A stretch of 64,000 nucleotides of DNA from Neophaeotheca triangularis (lineage: Eukaryota): contig BAAIJX010000077.1 of the NCBI GenBank assembly GCA_054600435.1, positions 1 to 64,000 on the forward strand, given 5' to 3'. The notes beneath the pieces were generated by a model. The model worked only from the letters and a program-made list of their open reading frames with translations. It did no database searches and was not told the origin of the DNA. The position numbers were made by a program, and so were the translations under genes. Each line of letters starts with the position of its first letter. Position 1 is the first letter of the stretch. Positions 13,288 to 25,924 of the stretch are shown here, piece by piece.

Positions 13288-13899
13288 GGTTGGTCGTGGT
13301 AGGGTTTGTCGAGGGGGTAATGGCGGGACTGAGAGAGTCGAGGGGCCGGATTGGGGGAACGTGGGAGGAATTGAGCGAGAGAAGCTGGTATTGAATACCT
13401 ACCTAGCTACCGTAGCTACCTTGTATTACAAGACCGAAAATCTTTCGAGAGTAGGTACACGTTCTTGGATTGAGGAAGCAGTGTAGGTGTCCAGTAATAA
13501 TAAGGCAGGCACCTGGACCAGCAACATCCCGCCGAGAACCGCCCCCACCTCTCAGCAGAAACAGCGCTAGCCGACCCCCGAATATCCGCCGACACAGGAA
13601 CAAAACCCGCTCCTCTTCCCAAACAACTTCCTCTCCTTCTCTTCTCTTCTCTCTCCTATACTTACCTTGTCAGCCTGTGGGCGCTCACGCATGCCTTCCA
13701 GGTGCGAAGACTCTCTGCATTGCACAGCGCGGTAGAGTCTCCGCATGAGTCTCCTTCGGGGGCCTCACTGGCGGAATTTTTGATGGTTCGACCAAAACAT
13801 ACTACTCCTTTTCATCAGATGCTACCGGTCGTTTTCGCGCGGCTGGTGCTTGGAGAAGAGGTTGGCTTGGACCTAGATTTCTGGGTATATGTGACAGGT

Positions 13900-15329
13900 G
13901 AAGATGAGACCAACGCCTTTTCTCGCGCCATGCCAGGCGCAGTTGGTGAGACTCCGCCGTACCCTCCCCGTAGTCTTCACTAACTCGGCGGCGAGTAACG
14001 TGATAGCGCCAGCCACCACAGCACCAACATCCCAGAGCGACCCCTCCCCAGCAGTCCTACTTCCTAGCGCCAACATCCAAGGCGTTACCGGGGAGCACAC
14101 CATACTGGTTTCTCCCTTCATTCAGTTCCCTTCGCCTTCACCGATGGCCTTGACTCTCAAACCGACACGAAACCGTAATAAGCACACTGTTTGCCGCCTC
14201 TGACGCAGCAAAAGACTTCAGCTGCGCCGGTCCGACGAGACTTCGACCGCCGGCAGTCTGGAAGATCTTGCGGAAGTAAGGTAACGCTCGTTTTGGCTTT
14301 CGTCCAATCTTCGGTCTAGGTACACCACCCAGATCGGAGAGTCGCCGTCAACCCCAGGACGACGAGGTCTTACATCCCTCAGAAGGTCCAGTGAGCCGCT
14401 ATCCGCGATCGCGGTAAAGGCACCCACGTACCAAGGACGGACTGTGTTTGGAGGCCACATCGGCCATAACAGAGACGCTGGTATTGTTTGGCAGGCTGTA
14501 CATGTCGAACTCCAGATGAAGCTCTTCCTGTTGCAGCCACACAAAACGACAACGAGTAAGAAGTCGGCCAATGGCAGTTGATGATGTGCCCCCAAGTAGA
14601 TTGTCTCGGACAGGACTGCAGCTTCTTACATCGTGACCCATCTACCTATGCCTCGTTAGCGCGTTTTCAACGAGAGTCGGATACTTCCAGACGCCCTACC
14701 GACGGCAACACCAATCCTTTGCAAACAAGAAAAACAAAATGTTCACACGCCACTGGTCTTCAAAGGCCCGAATCCGAACTTTCCAGCGCTTGGCCGTCAA
14801 AGACAACTTCCTCGAATGTCCTAACCGAGGCAGTTTGACTGCGGATATCGTTTAGGACGACGGCGAAACAGGAAAGGCTCACGGCCGTCGGGACCGTCCT
14901 CTTCGCTCCACCAGGCGGAGTTTCTCCAGGCACCGGAATATCCACCGCCTCCATGAGACCGATTTGATGGCCTTTGCTCCGCAACGTCGCTCTGATTGAT
15001 GCACGCCGCGTCGACCCACAAAGTGCACTGCCGGTCGACGTGACCTCGGGCGGCGCAGAATGACCACCGCGCTTGACTGGGACCTCGAGCTCTTTGCCGC
15101 CTACGTAAATGTTCTCGGTGATGTCCCGCATACCCCAGCAATACGAGCACATCTCATATAGATGTATTTGAGCGAACGATACCTCAGTTGGACCAAGGCT
15201 TGCGTCCAGTAGTTCACAGCGAATGGTATCAGTCTGCTCGCCAGGTTCCAGAAGCAAAAGCAAGCAGACTGTCAGAAACGCTAGTCCGCGTGCCGCGATA
15301 AATGTAGACCCCCTGATCATGGTTCGCAC
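13900..15329 (-). pseudogene. Frameshifted HET-domain (heterokaryon incompatibility, PF06985-like) gene remnant
   Basis: HET motifs lie in different frames: IRCELL..YEMCSYCWG..IYVGGKELEV (ORF 14760-15329), LWVDAACINQSD (ORF 14821-15150), then KGHQIGLM back in the first frame. The 3' limit is uncertain. Confidence 0.65.
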
Positions 15330-15902
15330 ATACAGTCAGCCAGCTTGAAAGCGGCGAATGACAGCCTCAGCGCTTCGGACTGCCAGAGACGTGCAGCTCC
15401 CGAGCTGCATTGACTGCGCAGTGCATACATCACGGGCTTCCCTGCGACGTTGGCATCCCTTTCCCTTTTGATTTCTCCTTTGGGCATGACAGAATGAAAG
15501 GGCCAGTGAGAGTCAAGGCATGGACATGGCATGGACATCGACTTGCCATGCTTATTATTGCATTTGATCTGAGTAATCACGTGTTTCCCGACGACAACAT
15601 GGGAGAATAGTACTGCTGGCTTCACCGCTACCATAAAAAAACTATGCTGCTCGCGTACCCTAGGCCCGGAAAGCTTGCAAATGCGTTCGCTGACACTGCA
15701 TCGACCAGCTGAGATCTTGCGAATCAGGCTATGACGGCTGAAAGAGCTATCTATACATCCATGGATCGCAGCCTCTCGTTTCTGAAGCCCCAAAGGACGG
15801 GAGAAGTCGGGACCACCTGGTCAGTACATCCAGACCTGGCTTTACATCAACAACCGTCCGCACCATCGCCAAAGATCTAATCATTCAACAACCGCTCATC
15901 AG

Positions 15903-17752
15903 CTACACACAAAACAACGCACCAACGCTCAAGCACACAGCCCCCATCACCCACCCCTCAACCCCAGTCCTACCCACAGCACCCCCAGTGAAAACCTCGC
16001 CCGGACTCCCAGGCTTCCCTACCGTCCCATTACCCCCTCCACCCCCACTCCCACCCCCCCTAACCCCTCCATTCCCCAAACTAGGCACAACCTGCTCAAA
16101 ACTCCTAACCCCAACACTGCCCCCGACCTCCTCGGTAGCGAAATTAAAAATCCCCCACCTATACCCGGGAAAGTAGAAAAAAGTATCATTCATCTTATAA
16201 GGCGAGCCGAGCTGCTCGAAAGCCTCGCCGTCCAGACTGTAGTAAAAAGTCGCCAGCTGGTCGCTCGCGGGCGCCGTGTTGGCATCGAGCCGGAACCAGA
16301 TGTTATTATTCCGCGTGCTAGCGTTGCTGGCGAGAGAGACGGTCGACTCGGCGAACTCGGTCGGTTGCGTGTTCCAGCCCGCGTCGAGGCTGAGGTTGCG
16401 GTATAAGGTGATGGTGTCGTCTTGGTACGCTATGTAAGCCATTTGGTCGCGGAAGAGGGCCAGGCCTGCGCGGTCGCCGGCGGACATGGCCGTGGTGTCG
16501 AGGTGGATTATCGCGCTGCTGTTTGGGCCGGCGATGCGGTGGGTGAGGGTGTTGCGGGCGCGGAAAATGTCGCTGGTGACGGTGACGGTTTCTAACTTTA
16601 GCCCGCCTGGCTCGCCGAGCGAGTAGGCGCTTGCTACTGGGTTGTGGTTCCATTCCCATTGCGGGTTGAGGTTGGGGCCGGTGAAGGTGTCGATACGCGC
16701 GAGTGAGGGGGTTGGGGAACGTGGTGCTGGGTAGGGGTTTGGGATCTCGAAGCTTTGGTTGGATTCTAGACGCGGCCAGCCTTCGGAGTCGAAGTAGAGG
16801 GGCGCGAGGACGGGGATGCGGCCGCTCGGGTAGGCGTCGACGAAGGCCATGTAGTACCATTTACCGTCGGGGGTGTCGACTATGCCGCCTTGGTGGGGGG
16901 AGCCCTCGCCTGGAGTGGATATGTTAGCGGAATCGCTCGAGTGGTAATGCCGTGGGATTGCTGCAACAACAACTCACCTGGGATACCGATACCCGGGTCC
17001 TCGATCGTGCTGTTGACAAAATCGGCCAGGATCTCAATTTCCCACGGTCCCCAGACATCGCCCGTGCTCTTCATCGTCCACTGACGATCCGAGGGCTCCG
17101 TGACCTGCATGTAGTAAGTACCGTTGATATTATACAACCTCGCGCCCTCGATAAAAGTCTCGCCATAGTACACAGTCTCGACCCGCCTCTCGGTGAGATC
17201 CTGATTCAGCTCAGCCATGGAAATGTTATAATCGCCAAAAGCCACATAGATGCTATCGTCCTCATCAAACAACAGACCGCAATCGTAGTAGCAATTCTCA
17301 ATTTCCGACGCCAGCTCCCACTCGCCGGCCGGATCGCTCGCCGTGTAGATGTAAGTGTTGTTGGACTGGATGCAGCCGATCCAATAGAACAAGTCATCGC
17401 TCGGCCGATGGCGCAGCGACGACGCCCAGATACCTCCGACGTACGCTTGCTCGCCGTTGACAAGATCGTAAGCGTCTTGCGGGTTGAAATCCAGGCGCGG
17501 CACCGAGTGGCCGATGTATTCCCAGTTGACGAGGTCGTAGGAGCGGAGGACGGCGGCGCCGGGGGAGTAGTGGAAGGTCGAAGTCGTGTAGTAGTAGGTG
17601 TCGTTGACACGGATGACTTCCAGGTCGGGCAGGTCGTTCCAGATTACCGGGTTCAAGTAGGTTTGGACTTCGCTTGTTGTGGCGTTTGGGGTTGTTTGGG
17701 CTAGTGCTGGGAGCGCGAGGGACGCTGTCCAGGCCAGGGAAAGGAGCTTCAT
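15903..17752 (-). CDS. Secreted glycoside hydrolase family 43 (beta-xylosidase/arabinofuranosidase-like) with C-terminal beta-sandwich and probable GPI signal (2 exons)
   Basis: Signal peptide MKLLSLAWTASLALPALA. GH43 motifs NPVIWNDLPD, SYDLVNW, GGIWAS and IEG. Intron 16910-16977 restores PGEGSPHQGG; WEWNHNP marks the C-terminal domain; Gly-rich linker precedes a hydrophobic tail. Confidence 0.9.
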
Positions 17753-18731
17753 GTTGGGCAGTCTTCGGTGAGCTGGACGAAGAGAGAAGATGGCGAGAGA
17801 TAGGAAAGGAAGAGAGGGGGGAAGAAACTGAGATATAATGCCGACCGGGAAAACCTACCTTGACTCCACCGCATGCATCGACATACCGTGTCAAAAGGTC
17901 CTCAAGGAGCGCACTCCACAGCCTCTGTCTGGACGACTTCCCACGCCCATCAATGACCGATGCGACTAAAATCTGCGAAAGCGTTTAGCGATGTCGTTGT
18001 TCCTGAATTGGTCGCGTTCAACCCCACAAGATCCCCGCGAACTGCGCGATGATGTACCTCCTATGACGGGCCCGGAATACACGACTTCGCATTGGAAAGG
18101 ATGTCCGCCACTACGGCAGGTTGCCAAGTTGTTTTGATGTGGGGTAGGGGTATGCGCAAGTGTTGAGGACAAGTGCGCGGACGTCTGGCTGGTAGAAGAC
18201 CTTCCGCTTGAGAGAAGAGCCAAACCGCGTTGGGGGAAGTGAATGGCAACCGCATCCCTCCACGGCTTTTGCGAGAAAAATGCCTCCCAGCGCAACGAGA
18301 GCAAAACGAAGAGTGGTTTTGAAAGCAATTAATTCATTCTTGTACAGCAAGCTATGGCATCCCGAAGTCCACCAACTCCTCGCTTGAACAATCCCTTTTT
18401 CGTAGCCCAAGTAGGTTTGGCTGCAGTGCCAGTCGGAAGCTCGTGGCTTTCACATCGGCTTGAATGTGATTCTTGACGTCTCAATCGCGACGCTTGCAAC
18501 TGCACCAATCCAAAGTATCCACAGTGGTTTCATCGGCTCTGTCCTCCGTAATGTGCAACCCAAGAGGCATGCGTCTGGAACGACAAAACTCGACGAAGCC
18601 GAGGTATTTATCTTCCCCAGCAGTGAAGTCGTTCTCATAGTGACTTATAGCTCACTAATTCAGCAATCTCGTCGGGAGAAAGGCTTTCATTCCTTCTCTT
18701 GTTGTTTCCACCCTGCCATACGCCTCCCAAT

Positions 18732-19361
18732 TCAGTACCTGGGGTTTTGCGGCTCGGGGGTAGGGCTGTTGCTGACGCTGCGCGAATCCCTGCCACGCTC
18801 CTTGAGCCAGGCCTTGGTCGAGAGGTCCAAATCCCTCTCCAGCTCCGGGCTCGGCTCCTTGCGATGGATGAAATTGCAGAAACCACCCCTGACACAGCCC
18901 TCCCCACTATTGAGCCTACAGCAAGCCTCGCGGAAATCGGTGACGGGGGAGAGCTCGGCGTAAATGGGGCGACCGGCGTACCAGCGGGAGTTGAGATCAT
19001 CGCACGCCTTCTGCGCAGAGTCCTCGTACTTGAAGCGCGCGTAGACGTTGCCGATGAGGTGGTCGTTGTTGTTGTCGCAGACCACGACTTCCTCCACTTC
19101 GCCAAACTTGCACATCTCGCACCAGAAGTCCTCGTAGAAGTTGTCGAAGTGGTTCTGGAGCTGCGGGCCGGTCATGCGTGACTTGTTGTCGTAGGCCGGG
19201 TTTTGGTACATGTTGGGGAGCAGGATGGTTTGCGAGTACGAGGGTTTGACGTGTTTGCGCGAGCAGCGGTCGCCGTGGCGGCAGGCGCCGATTTTGTAGT
19301 AGAAGCTGCAGTTAACCTTGTCCTGCTCGGTACCGAAGATGGAGGCGAGGTAGTTGGCCAT
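18732..19361 (-). CDS. U2AF1: Splicing factor U2AF small subunit (U2AF35/U2AF23)
   Basis: Starts MANYLASIFGTEQDKVNCSFYYKIGACRHGDRCSRKH; UHM domain and second CCCH finger (ACCRLNSGEGCVRGGFCNFIH). A probable 5'-UTR intron lies at 19381-19446. Confidence 0.96.
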   Translation of the reverse strand: MANYLASIFGTEQDKVNCSFYYKIGACRHGDRCSRKHVKPSYSQTILLPNMYQNPAYDNKSRMTGPQLQNHFDNFYEDFWCEMCKFGEVEEVVVCDNNNDHLIGNVYARFKYEDSAQKACDDLNSRWYAGRPIYAELSPVTDFREACCRLNSGEGCVRGGFCNFIHRKEPSPELERDLDLSTKAWLKERGRDSRSVSNSPTPEPQNPRY

Positions 19362-20490
19362 GTTGATGGGTGGACGCTGCCTGTTCGAGATTTGCTTCGG
19401 CAGCATTAACGTTTGAGCCATTTTGGAAGAGTCTGTCAATACTTACGTTCAGACTTTGTACGCTGAAGTGAAGCCGGCAGTCAAAAGATGAGGATAGAAG
19501 TGGAGGTGGCGGAGGTGGTGGAGGTAGAAGTGGTGTGTGTGTGTGGAAGTTGTTGTCGCATACAGTAGGCGACCTTGAAGGCAACGGGCAACCTGAACTT
19601 CAAAGCTCGGGCTCGGGTTCGGCTTCTTACGGATACCGAAGCTTAGCCGGTGCTCGATCGTATGGCCTATATTATTGTCCTATCGTATCTTATCGGATTT
19701 CCACATTCACTCATGTACAAATGTACGTTATGTAGCTCCAGTTCTGGGCAAAGAGATTAACGTAGTTAAGCCCCAAGCCAGCCTCAAAAACGCAAGACAT
19801 ACGAAAAGGTAAAAAAGGGAACATAAAGCAGACTCGGACAGTGCCCATAAACCAAAAGCTACAAGACTCGAAATCAACACCGTTGTCACAAATGGCTCAC
19901 GCTCATGCATAGGTAGGTAGGTACTTGCATCTGCATCTTAAAGAAAGGCCAAAAAGAAGAGAGGGGGGGTATCAATACAACGCTCTCAGGGAAAACGTCC
20001 TCTTCTTCCCCGGCCGTTCGACTCTCACTCAGTCACATCCGTATCAGCCCTACGAGCTCCCAGACCTCATCCTCGCTCACCCTCTGTCCATAGTCCTCCA
20101 GCCCAGAATTTCTCAACCAAAGTAAACCAGGCCCAAACCTTCCACATCCCTTAGGTAGGTACTTCCCGAACCCCTGGAGAGGAAGATGGCGCAACTTCCA
20201 CTTTCACCCTCCAACCTCTAACCTCCCATTCTGAAGCCTAACCCGAAAACCACCGCAGCCCTACTCTAACTCCCATCCCCCCCACTCACTCAACCATCCT
20301 CCCCCTCAACCCCGACAAACCCCGCCCACAAATCCATACCCAACCCGGCAAAAATAACAAAATACCTCACAACCGCCAAAACAACCATAGCGAGCAAACC
20401 CAAGCGCTCAACGACCCACCAAACCAACCACTGCGCAAACCCACCCAAACCCGAACCGCCAGCAACGACAGAAGTGCAAAAGAAGCGCCA

Positions 20491-22488
20491 CTAACGCGCG
20501 CAAAACCCACAACCCGGAGCAGCAGCAGCAGCGGCGGCATCGCCACCGTCACGAAGCCCAGAATCAGAATCAGGAGAACCCGGCGTCTCCGCAAGCCGAG
20601 CAACATGATAATCAAGGCCCCCGACCTCGCGCCTGTGCAAACCCGAACCCGAAACCTCCTCCCGATGATCCTGCCCGTCCAATCTCTCACCCTCAACCGG
20701 CAGCATGCCCAACCACTGCTCCCGCCCACCCTCATCCGCGCCCAAGCGCTCCCTCAAAATCTCCCCAACCCTCCCAACCTCCTCCTCAACCCCGAGAAAG
20801 CGCTCGAGAAATTGCCCAACCTCCGTGTTCTCCCTATTACCCCCGAGCCACCGGCTCACGAGTCGGGCATCAGAAGTGTAGATGTTGACGTCCGCGCCGC
20901 TGTGGCCGTGAGTGCTCCAGCCCAGTTGCGAGCGGCGCGAGACCATGTCCGCGATAGTGTAAGCTGCGGTTTCAGGGTGGGAGAGGAGGGAGTGAAGTTC
21001 ATCGCGGCTGGGGTCGGTTACGTTGTGGGAGATTTCCAGGAGATGGGTGAGGAAGGTTTTGGTCTCTTCCTCTTCCTCTTCTTCCTTGTTGTTCTTGTTC
21101 TTGTTGTCGTTGTTGGTGGAAGTGTGATTGGCGATATAGGCGTGATACTGCTGAGCAGCCCAAGCGGCCGAGTGGGAAGCTTTCGCCAACATGCCCGGGT
21201 GCCAGAGGTATTCCGGGTACGCTTCGTGGAGTTGCCTAGCGGCTGCCAGCCCGCCGGTTTCGTGATCGCTGGTGGAGACCATGAGAGTGGGAGTTTCGGA
21301 GGCCTCGATGAAGTCCAGCACGGCCTTGACAGTGCGGTCATAAGCGAGGACTTCGTGCACCTGGGCGGCAGGGTCGTTGGCATGGCCGGCGTGATCGATG
21401 CGGGAGCCCTCGATCATGACGAAAAAGCCTTGCTCGCTGTCTTTAGTGGCGGCGGCGAGAGCCTGTAAAGCTGTAACCGCCATCTCTTCCAGACTCGCGT
21501 ACTCGGTTTCCTGAAATCTGCGGTCGATTTCATACGGCACGTCGCCCTCGGCCAGCAGCGCCAACAACGGTAATTCCACCTTTTTCCCCCCAGCCAAGCC
21601 ATCAAACCCCTCCCTCCCGTCGACAAACCCCCATCCCTGCTCCCTTATACCCTCGCCCACCAAATCCCTCCCATCACCCCTACAACTCCCCTCACTCCCA
21701 TTTCCCAAAAAATGACACCTACCCCCTCCCACAATCAAGTCCAGACTCCTCCCCACCCCACTCCCCCCTTCCTCAACCCCAAGCATCTGCACGGCAATCT
21801 GATCCTCCAACTCCCGTCTCCGCACATGGCTCGCCCAGACCGCTGGCGTAGCATCCGTAACTCTCGTCGTAACCACCACCCCCGTCGTCCAGCCGGCCAA
21901 CTTCGCAGCTTCCATAACGCTCGGACACGGCGACCCGTCAGGTAGCACGCTGATGGCGCCGTTGTAGCTCTTGCGGCCGCAGCTGAAAGCCGTCGCGCCG
22001 GCCGCAGAGTCCGTCACGAGACTGCTGGAGGAGCGGGTTCGCGACTGCCCGATCAGCAAGTCGTCGAGGGTTAGGGTGTCGTTGTATGGAGCGGGGTTTT
22101 GGGGAGAGATGTATTGGTGAAAACCGCGCGTCAGCTCCAGGGAGGTGGGGCCCATGCCGTCAGAGACCATGAAGATGAGGTTGCGCTTGCCCTTGGGCAG
22201 CTCGCTGCCAGTCTGATCGTCATTGCTTGGGTGTGTGTTGTGCAAGCTCTTCTGGTAAAAGACGGCGAGCACGATGACCCCGGCGGTTGCTAGTAGTGCC
22301 CAGGCGAAGACTCCCAGTTCGCGCCATTTTCTATTTGTTTCCGCCGTTCTGGGCTCTTTTTTACCGGTGTGGAGGCCTGTGAGGAGAGCGTCTTCTTCTT
22401 CTTGCTGGTGGGCTTCGGCTGCGGAGGTCTCGGAGGGGCGGCGTTGGGCGAAGAGCGGGGAGGGGTTGGTATCGTCATTGGTGGACAT
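20491..22488 (-). CDS. PHO8: Type II membrane alkaline phosphatase (Pho8-like)
   Basis: N-terminal TM. Motifs NLIFMVSDGMG, VTDSAAGATAF (catalytic Ser), TDATPA, MIEGSRIDHAGHAND, TSDHETGG and HGHSGADV. Confidence 0.93.
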   Translation of the reverse strand: MSTNDDTNPSPLFAQRRPSETSAAEAHQQEEEDALLTGLHTGKKEPRTAETNRKWRELGVFAWALLATAGVIVLAVFYQKSLHNTHPSNDDQTGSELPKGKRNLIFMVSDGMGPTSLELTRGFHQYISPQNPAPYNDTLTLDDLLIGQSRTRSSSSLVTDSAAGATAFSCGRKSYNGAISVLPDGSPCPSVMEAAKLAGWTTGVVVTTRVTDATPAVWASHVRRRELEDQIAVQMLGVEEGGSGVGRSLDLIVGGGRCHFLGNGSEGSCRGDGRDLVGEGIREQGWGFVDGREGFDGLAGGKKVELPLLALLAEGDVPYEIDRRFQETEYASLEEMAVTALQALAAATKDSEQGFFVMIEGSRIDHAGHANDPAAQVHEVLAYDRTVKAVLDFIEASETPTLMVSTSDHETGGLAAARQLHEAYPEYLWHPGMLAKASHSAAWAAQQYHAYIANHTSTNNDNKNKNNKEEEEEEETKTFLTHLLEISHNVTDPSRDELHSLLSHPETAAYTIADMVSRRSQLGWSTHGHSGADVNIYTSDARLVSRWLGGNRENTEVGQFLERFLGVEEEVGRVGEILRERLGADEGGREQWLGMLPVEGERLDGQDHREEVSGSGLHRREVGGLDYHVARLAETPGSPDSDSGLRDGGDAAAAAAAPGCGFCAR

Positions 22489-23392
22489 GGTTGGCTCGAC
22501 GGAGGGTGGGCAGGTGGCCGTCCGTATGGCAGCGGAGTGGGAGGCCGTCCTGTAGCCGTTCGGATGGAAGATCGGTGCGTGTTCGTCCAGGTGAAGAGTA
22601 AGCAGCCAGCCGTCCGACTAAACGGTATATAGATGGATCCTCCAAAGTTCCGCCCACGTAAAACTGCGTACCTAGCAAGGTATCTCGTCCCAACCTGAAC
22701 CCTCACCGAGTCACCGCTTCGACTCGACTCCCAGGCGGGGTAATTCTATCTCTCAACTCTCGACTCTACCTACCTTAGGTGACACCCGCAAAGGGATAGA
22801 TGGAAGAGGTAGGGACAGTGGTGATTCAACAAGAGACAACAAAGAATGTTTCTGAGGGAAAATGGGCTGGTGTGGTGTCGTGCAAGAGGGACGATCAGGA
22901 GGAAGAAAGTGATGTCAAGGTCAGATGTCGAGCTGTCTCACCTGCATCCTTCCAAATCAGCCCAGCTCTTTGGGACGGGACTTGGTTGGAATGCTACCTG
23001 AGTTATGCTTAAGCTTGGCCGGCTCTTCCCTCCCTCGAATAAGGCAGTGGCATTGACTACCCGGAAACAGCAACTGAAACCCAGCCAACGATCGGGAAGA
23101 CTGAATTGACCGGAGGGGAGGTAATGTGTATTTCTCAAGGGCATAAGTGAAGCTCTCTGATATTCATAGTCGTATCGTTAATCGTCTGTAGCCCTAAGCA
23201 ATCATCAAGTTACAAAACAGCAAGCCAACTCGAAAAGCCAGCCTGTGCCAAAGCTCATGGAAACCCCGTCCACCCGTCGTCCCTAGCCATGCCCTGTTTC
23301 CGCCGCTCTAGTCGGAGCATTCGCGTTTGTTCAAAACCGCGACGGCCGGACCGGCCAGCAAGCACAGCCATACCCTCAACCCTCAAACCCCA

Positions 23393-24766
23393 TCAAGGCC
23401 CCGTACTCCTGCCCCTCCGCTCATAATACCTATCACGATCATCATAAGGCTTCAGCCCTCCACCACCCCTGCCATCCCTCTCGTATCCCCTCTCATTACC
23501 CCTCTCACTCCTCCCCCCATACGCCTCCTCCTTGTCCCTCTTCTCCTCCCTGTAGTCCTTCCACTTATTAGCCGCAACATTACTCCCCACACCTCCCACC
23601 AGCGCACCAATAACCATGTCCCTCCTCCGATCTTTACCCCCCAACTCCCTGCCCGCAAAGCCCCCAACCAGCGCTCCCGCCGCCGTAGCGCCCCACCCTT
23701 GCCACGAAGTATCAAAAGTATCGTCGACCTTTTCGCGCCAGCGGGATTTACTACGCGACCGCGACCGCGAACGGCTGTAGCTGCGCGACGACGAGCGCGA
23801 GTTGCGGCGTCCGCGCGATTTGCTGCGTTTGTCGTAGCTGCTGCGGGGTCGTTGCGAGACTTGCTGGTTGTTGTGTAAGTCGGCGGCGGAGCGGCGGTAG
23901 GGGGCCATTGCGCCCGAAGCGCCGCCGGCTCCCGCGCCTGCTGTGGCGTAGGGAGTATAGCCGCCTCCTATGGGGCCGTTACGGGGGGGCTGGGAGAGCA
24001 AATGTGTCAGTGGGCTTTTCGTTGGAGTCGGTGAAGGGGCTGTGGAATGGCGACTCACTCCGCGATAGATTTCCTTCTCGACAATTTCCCGATCGTAAGG
24101 TCTGCCATCCCGGCTGTCTTCGTACCCTCTCCCCTTCGCGCTCCTCCCTGAATACCTCTTCCCAGTACGCTCATCGTAATCGCTCTCCTCATCCGAATAA
24201 TACCCCCTGGGCGGCTGGCTGCGCGGACGGCCAGCGTAACTCATAATGCCACTGTTCCTATCGTAGTAATCGTCGCGGTGGTCGAAGTAATGCTGCGGAC
24301 CGGGTGGTGGGGGAATCACAGGCGGCGCAGTGTATTGGTACGGGAGGTAGCGCGGGTCGGGCACTCTACGCGGGTCGTCGGGCTCGTTTTCGTACTCACG
24401 CAGCACGCGGTCGGAATTGTGGCTCTGACGCTCGAGCTCACGGTCGCTGTTGAGATCTACCGAATCCTCGACTCCAAAGCGCTTTCGCGAGAAGTATTCG
24501 GATTCTGGTGGTGGTGGAGGTTGTGGCGGTTGGTAGTGAGAACGGTGGGTATGACGAGGACGATACGTTTCGCGCTCCGGACTAGGCAGCTCGACGCGCC
24601 GTTTCCTGACAGCCTTGGACTCTTGCCCTGTACCAAGGCCACTAACGGGTGCGCCGGTCTTGTTGTGTTTGCTGCCGGTGATGAAGTCGATAGTGCGGTC
24701 CCAGCCTTTGGTGTTGGTGAGGCGATCGAGAGCAGTAGCGCCGAGTTCTACAAAGTCATCGGCCAT
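23393..24766 (-). CDS. Hypothetical protein, low-complexity Arg/Ser/Tyr-rich, with C-terminal glycine-zipper-like segment
   Basis: 457-aa ORF with probable in-frame intron 23990-24058; GWGATAAGALVGGFAGRELG...GALVGGVGSN repeats. Confidence 0.75.
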   Translation of the reverse strand: MADDFVELGATALDRLTNTKGWDRTIDFITGSKHNKTGAPVSGLGTGQESKAVRKRRVELPSPERETYRPRHTHRSHYQPPQPPPPPESEYFSRKRFGVEDSVDLNSDRELERQSHNSDRVLREYENEPDDPRRVPDPRYLPYQYTAPPVIPPPPGPQHYFDHRDDYYDRNSGIMSYAGRPRSQPPRGYYSDEESDYDERTGKRYSGRSAKGRGYEDSRDGRPYDREIVEKEIYRGVSRHSTAPSPTPTKSPLTHLLSQPPRNGPIGGGYTPYATAGAGAGGASGAMAPYRRSAADLHNNQQVSQRPRSSYDKRSKSRGRRNSRSSSRSYSRSRSRSRSKSRWREKVDDTFDTSWQGWGATAAGALVGGFAGRELGGKDRRRDMVIGALVGGVGSNVAANKWKDYREEKRDKEEAYGGRSERGNERGYERDGRGGGGLKPYDDRDRYYERRGRSTGP

Positions 24767-25924
24767 GGCAGGCGGCGGAGCGCGAGGGGCACTTTATAGT
24801 GGGTTGCTTAGGTTCCAGGTTGGGCTGCGGAATCGCCGAGCCTCCCGATGACGCGCAGCCTCACTTTCCTGCAGATTGCAGGTGCCCAGTGCGGCAGCTG
24901 GCTCGGATCGGTGTCCTGGGCTCGTTTTTTGGCCGGTCGGGTTTCGTTAGCTTTGGGCAGCTTGGCGGCGAGAATAATTAATAGTGTGCCGATGTGCAAG
25001 GATGCGGCCTCAGGGCGTAGCAGTTGCCGATCTTGGTGTGCACGTGGTTGGTACTAGGTTAGGTGGTGATACTGGTGGTGTGAAGGAATCAAAATCAAAA
25101 GTCTTGTTCCTGTGCTTGACCGGTCGTAGAAATCACCTCAATGCAACAGGCAAGTCGCGCCTCTTACTTCTTTCCTTTGGCCGTGTCGGTGAAAGGGAGT
25201 GAGTGATAAGGTAAGTGGACGGGAAGCTTCACTCTGCTGCGTGATGTCATGCCGTCGGTGAGTTATTAGGTACTTAGGTATTGAGAGGACGGGAGTCTGT
25301 AGGTGAGTGAGGGATGGGCACTGTACAGTGGAGTGTACATAGATGGTGGCTCGGATGAAGTAGCCCACGGTGGCGCTGACAGCTGGGGGCTGGAGGGCAA
25401 AAGTATACAATCACCTGGATTGATGACGGTGAGGTGAGGTGAAGTATGGCAAGGTGATTTGAGTTGAGTTGAGTTGAGTCAAAGGTTGCGTGATTTCCGT
25501 CGTGGACTGACAGTTCTTCCAAACGGTACCTCCTACCTACAACGCAAGACACGGCGGGACTGCTCTCGGAGACAAACGACGGCGACGGGCTCTCCCCAGC
25601 TTCGTTTGCTCGCATGCAGCTCGCCGTGGGGAGCGGCGTGGAACGCAAGTGCGAGTTGAGGAAAGCAAGGCTCGCCGCTGCTGTTGCGTTGTGAAGCTCG
25701 GAATTCCATGTTATGCCTATAGACTACCAAATCATTGCTACATACTTCAATTGGACGTGGAGCCACATCCCTCCCCTTCTCATGAAGCGGCGGCTCATTC
25801 AACTCAAGTCATACCGTACATTCGTTGAGCAAAAGAGACCCTGTTCAAACGGCGGACACGATATTGTGACCATTCATTAAACGTAGAGCTAACACTTGCT
25901 AGATAGCAACCAGCAATTGCTTCT

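Noticed and set aside
605..17752. Secondary-metabolite gene cluster (ACAD, ADH, NmrA-like, GH43)
   Set aside because: There is no PKS, NRPS or terpene synthase backbone, and the genes are interspersed with housekeeping tricalbin.
18400..18700. Possible snoRNA or other ncRNA downstream of U2AF1
   Set aside because: No convincing box C/D, H/ACA or snRNA match by eye; probably 3' UTR.
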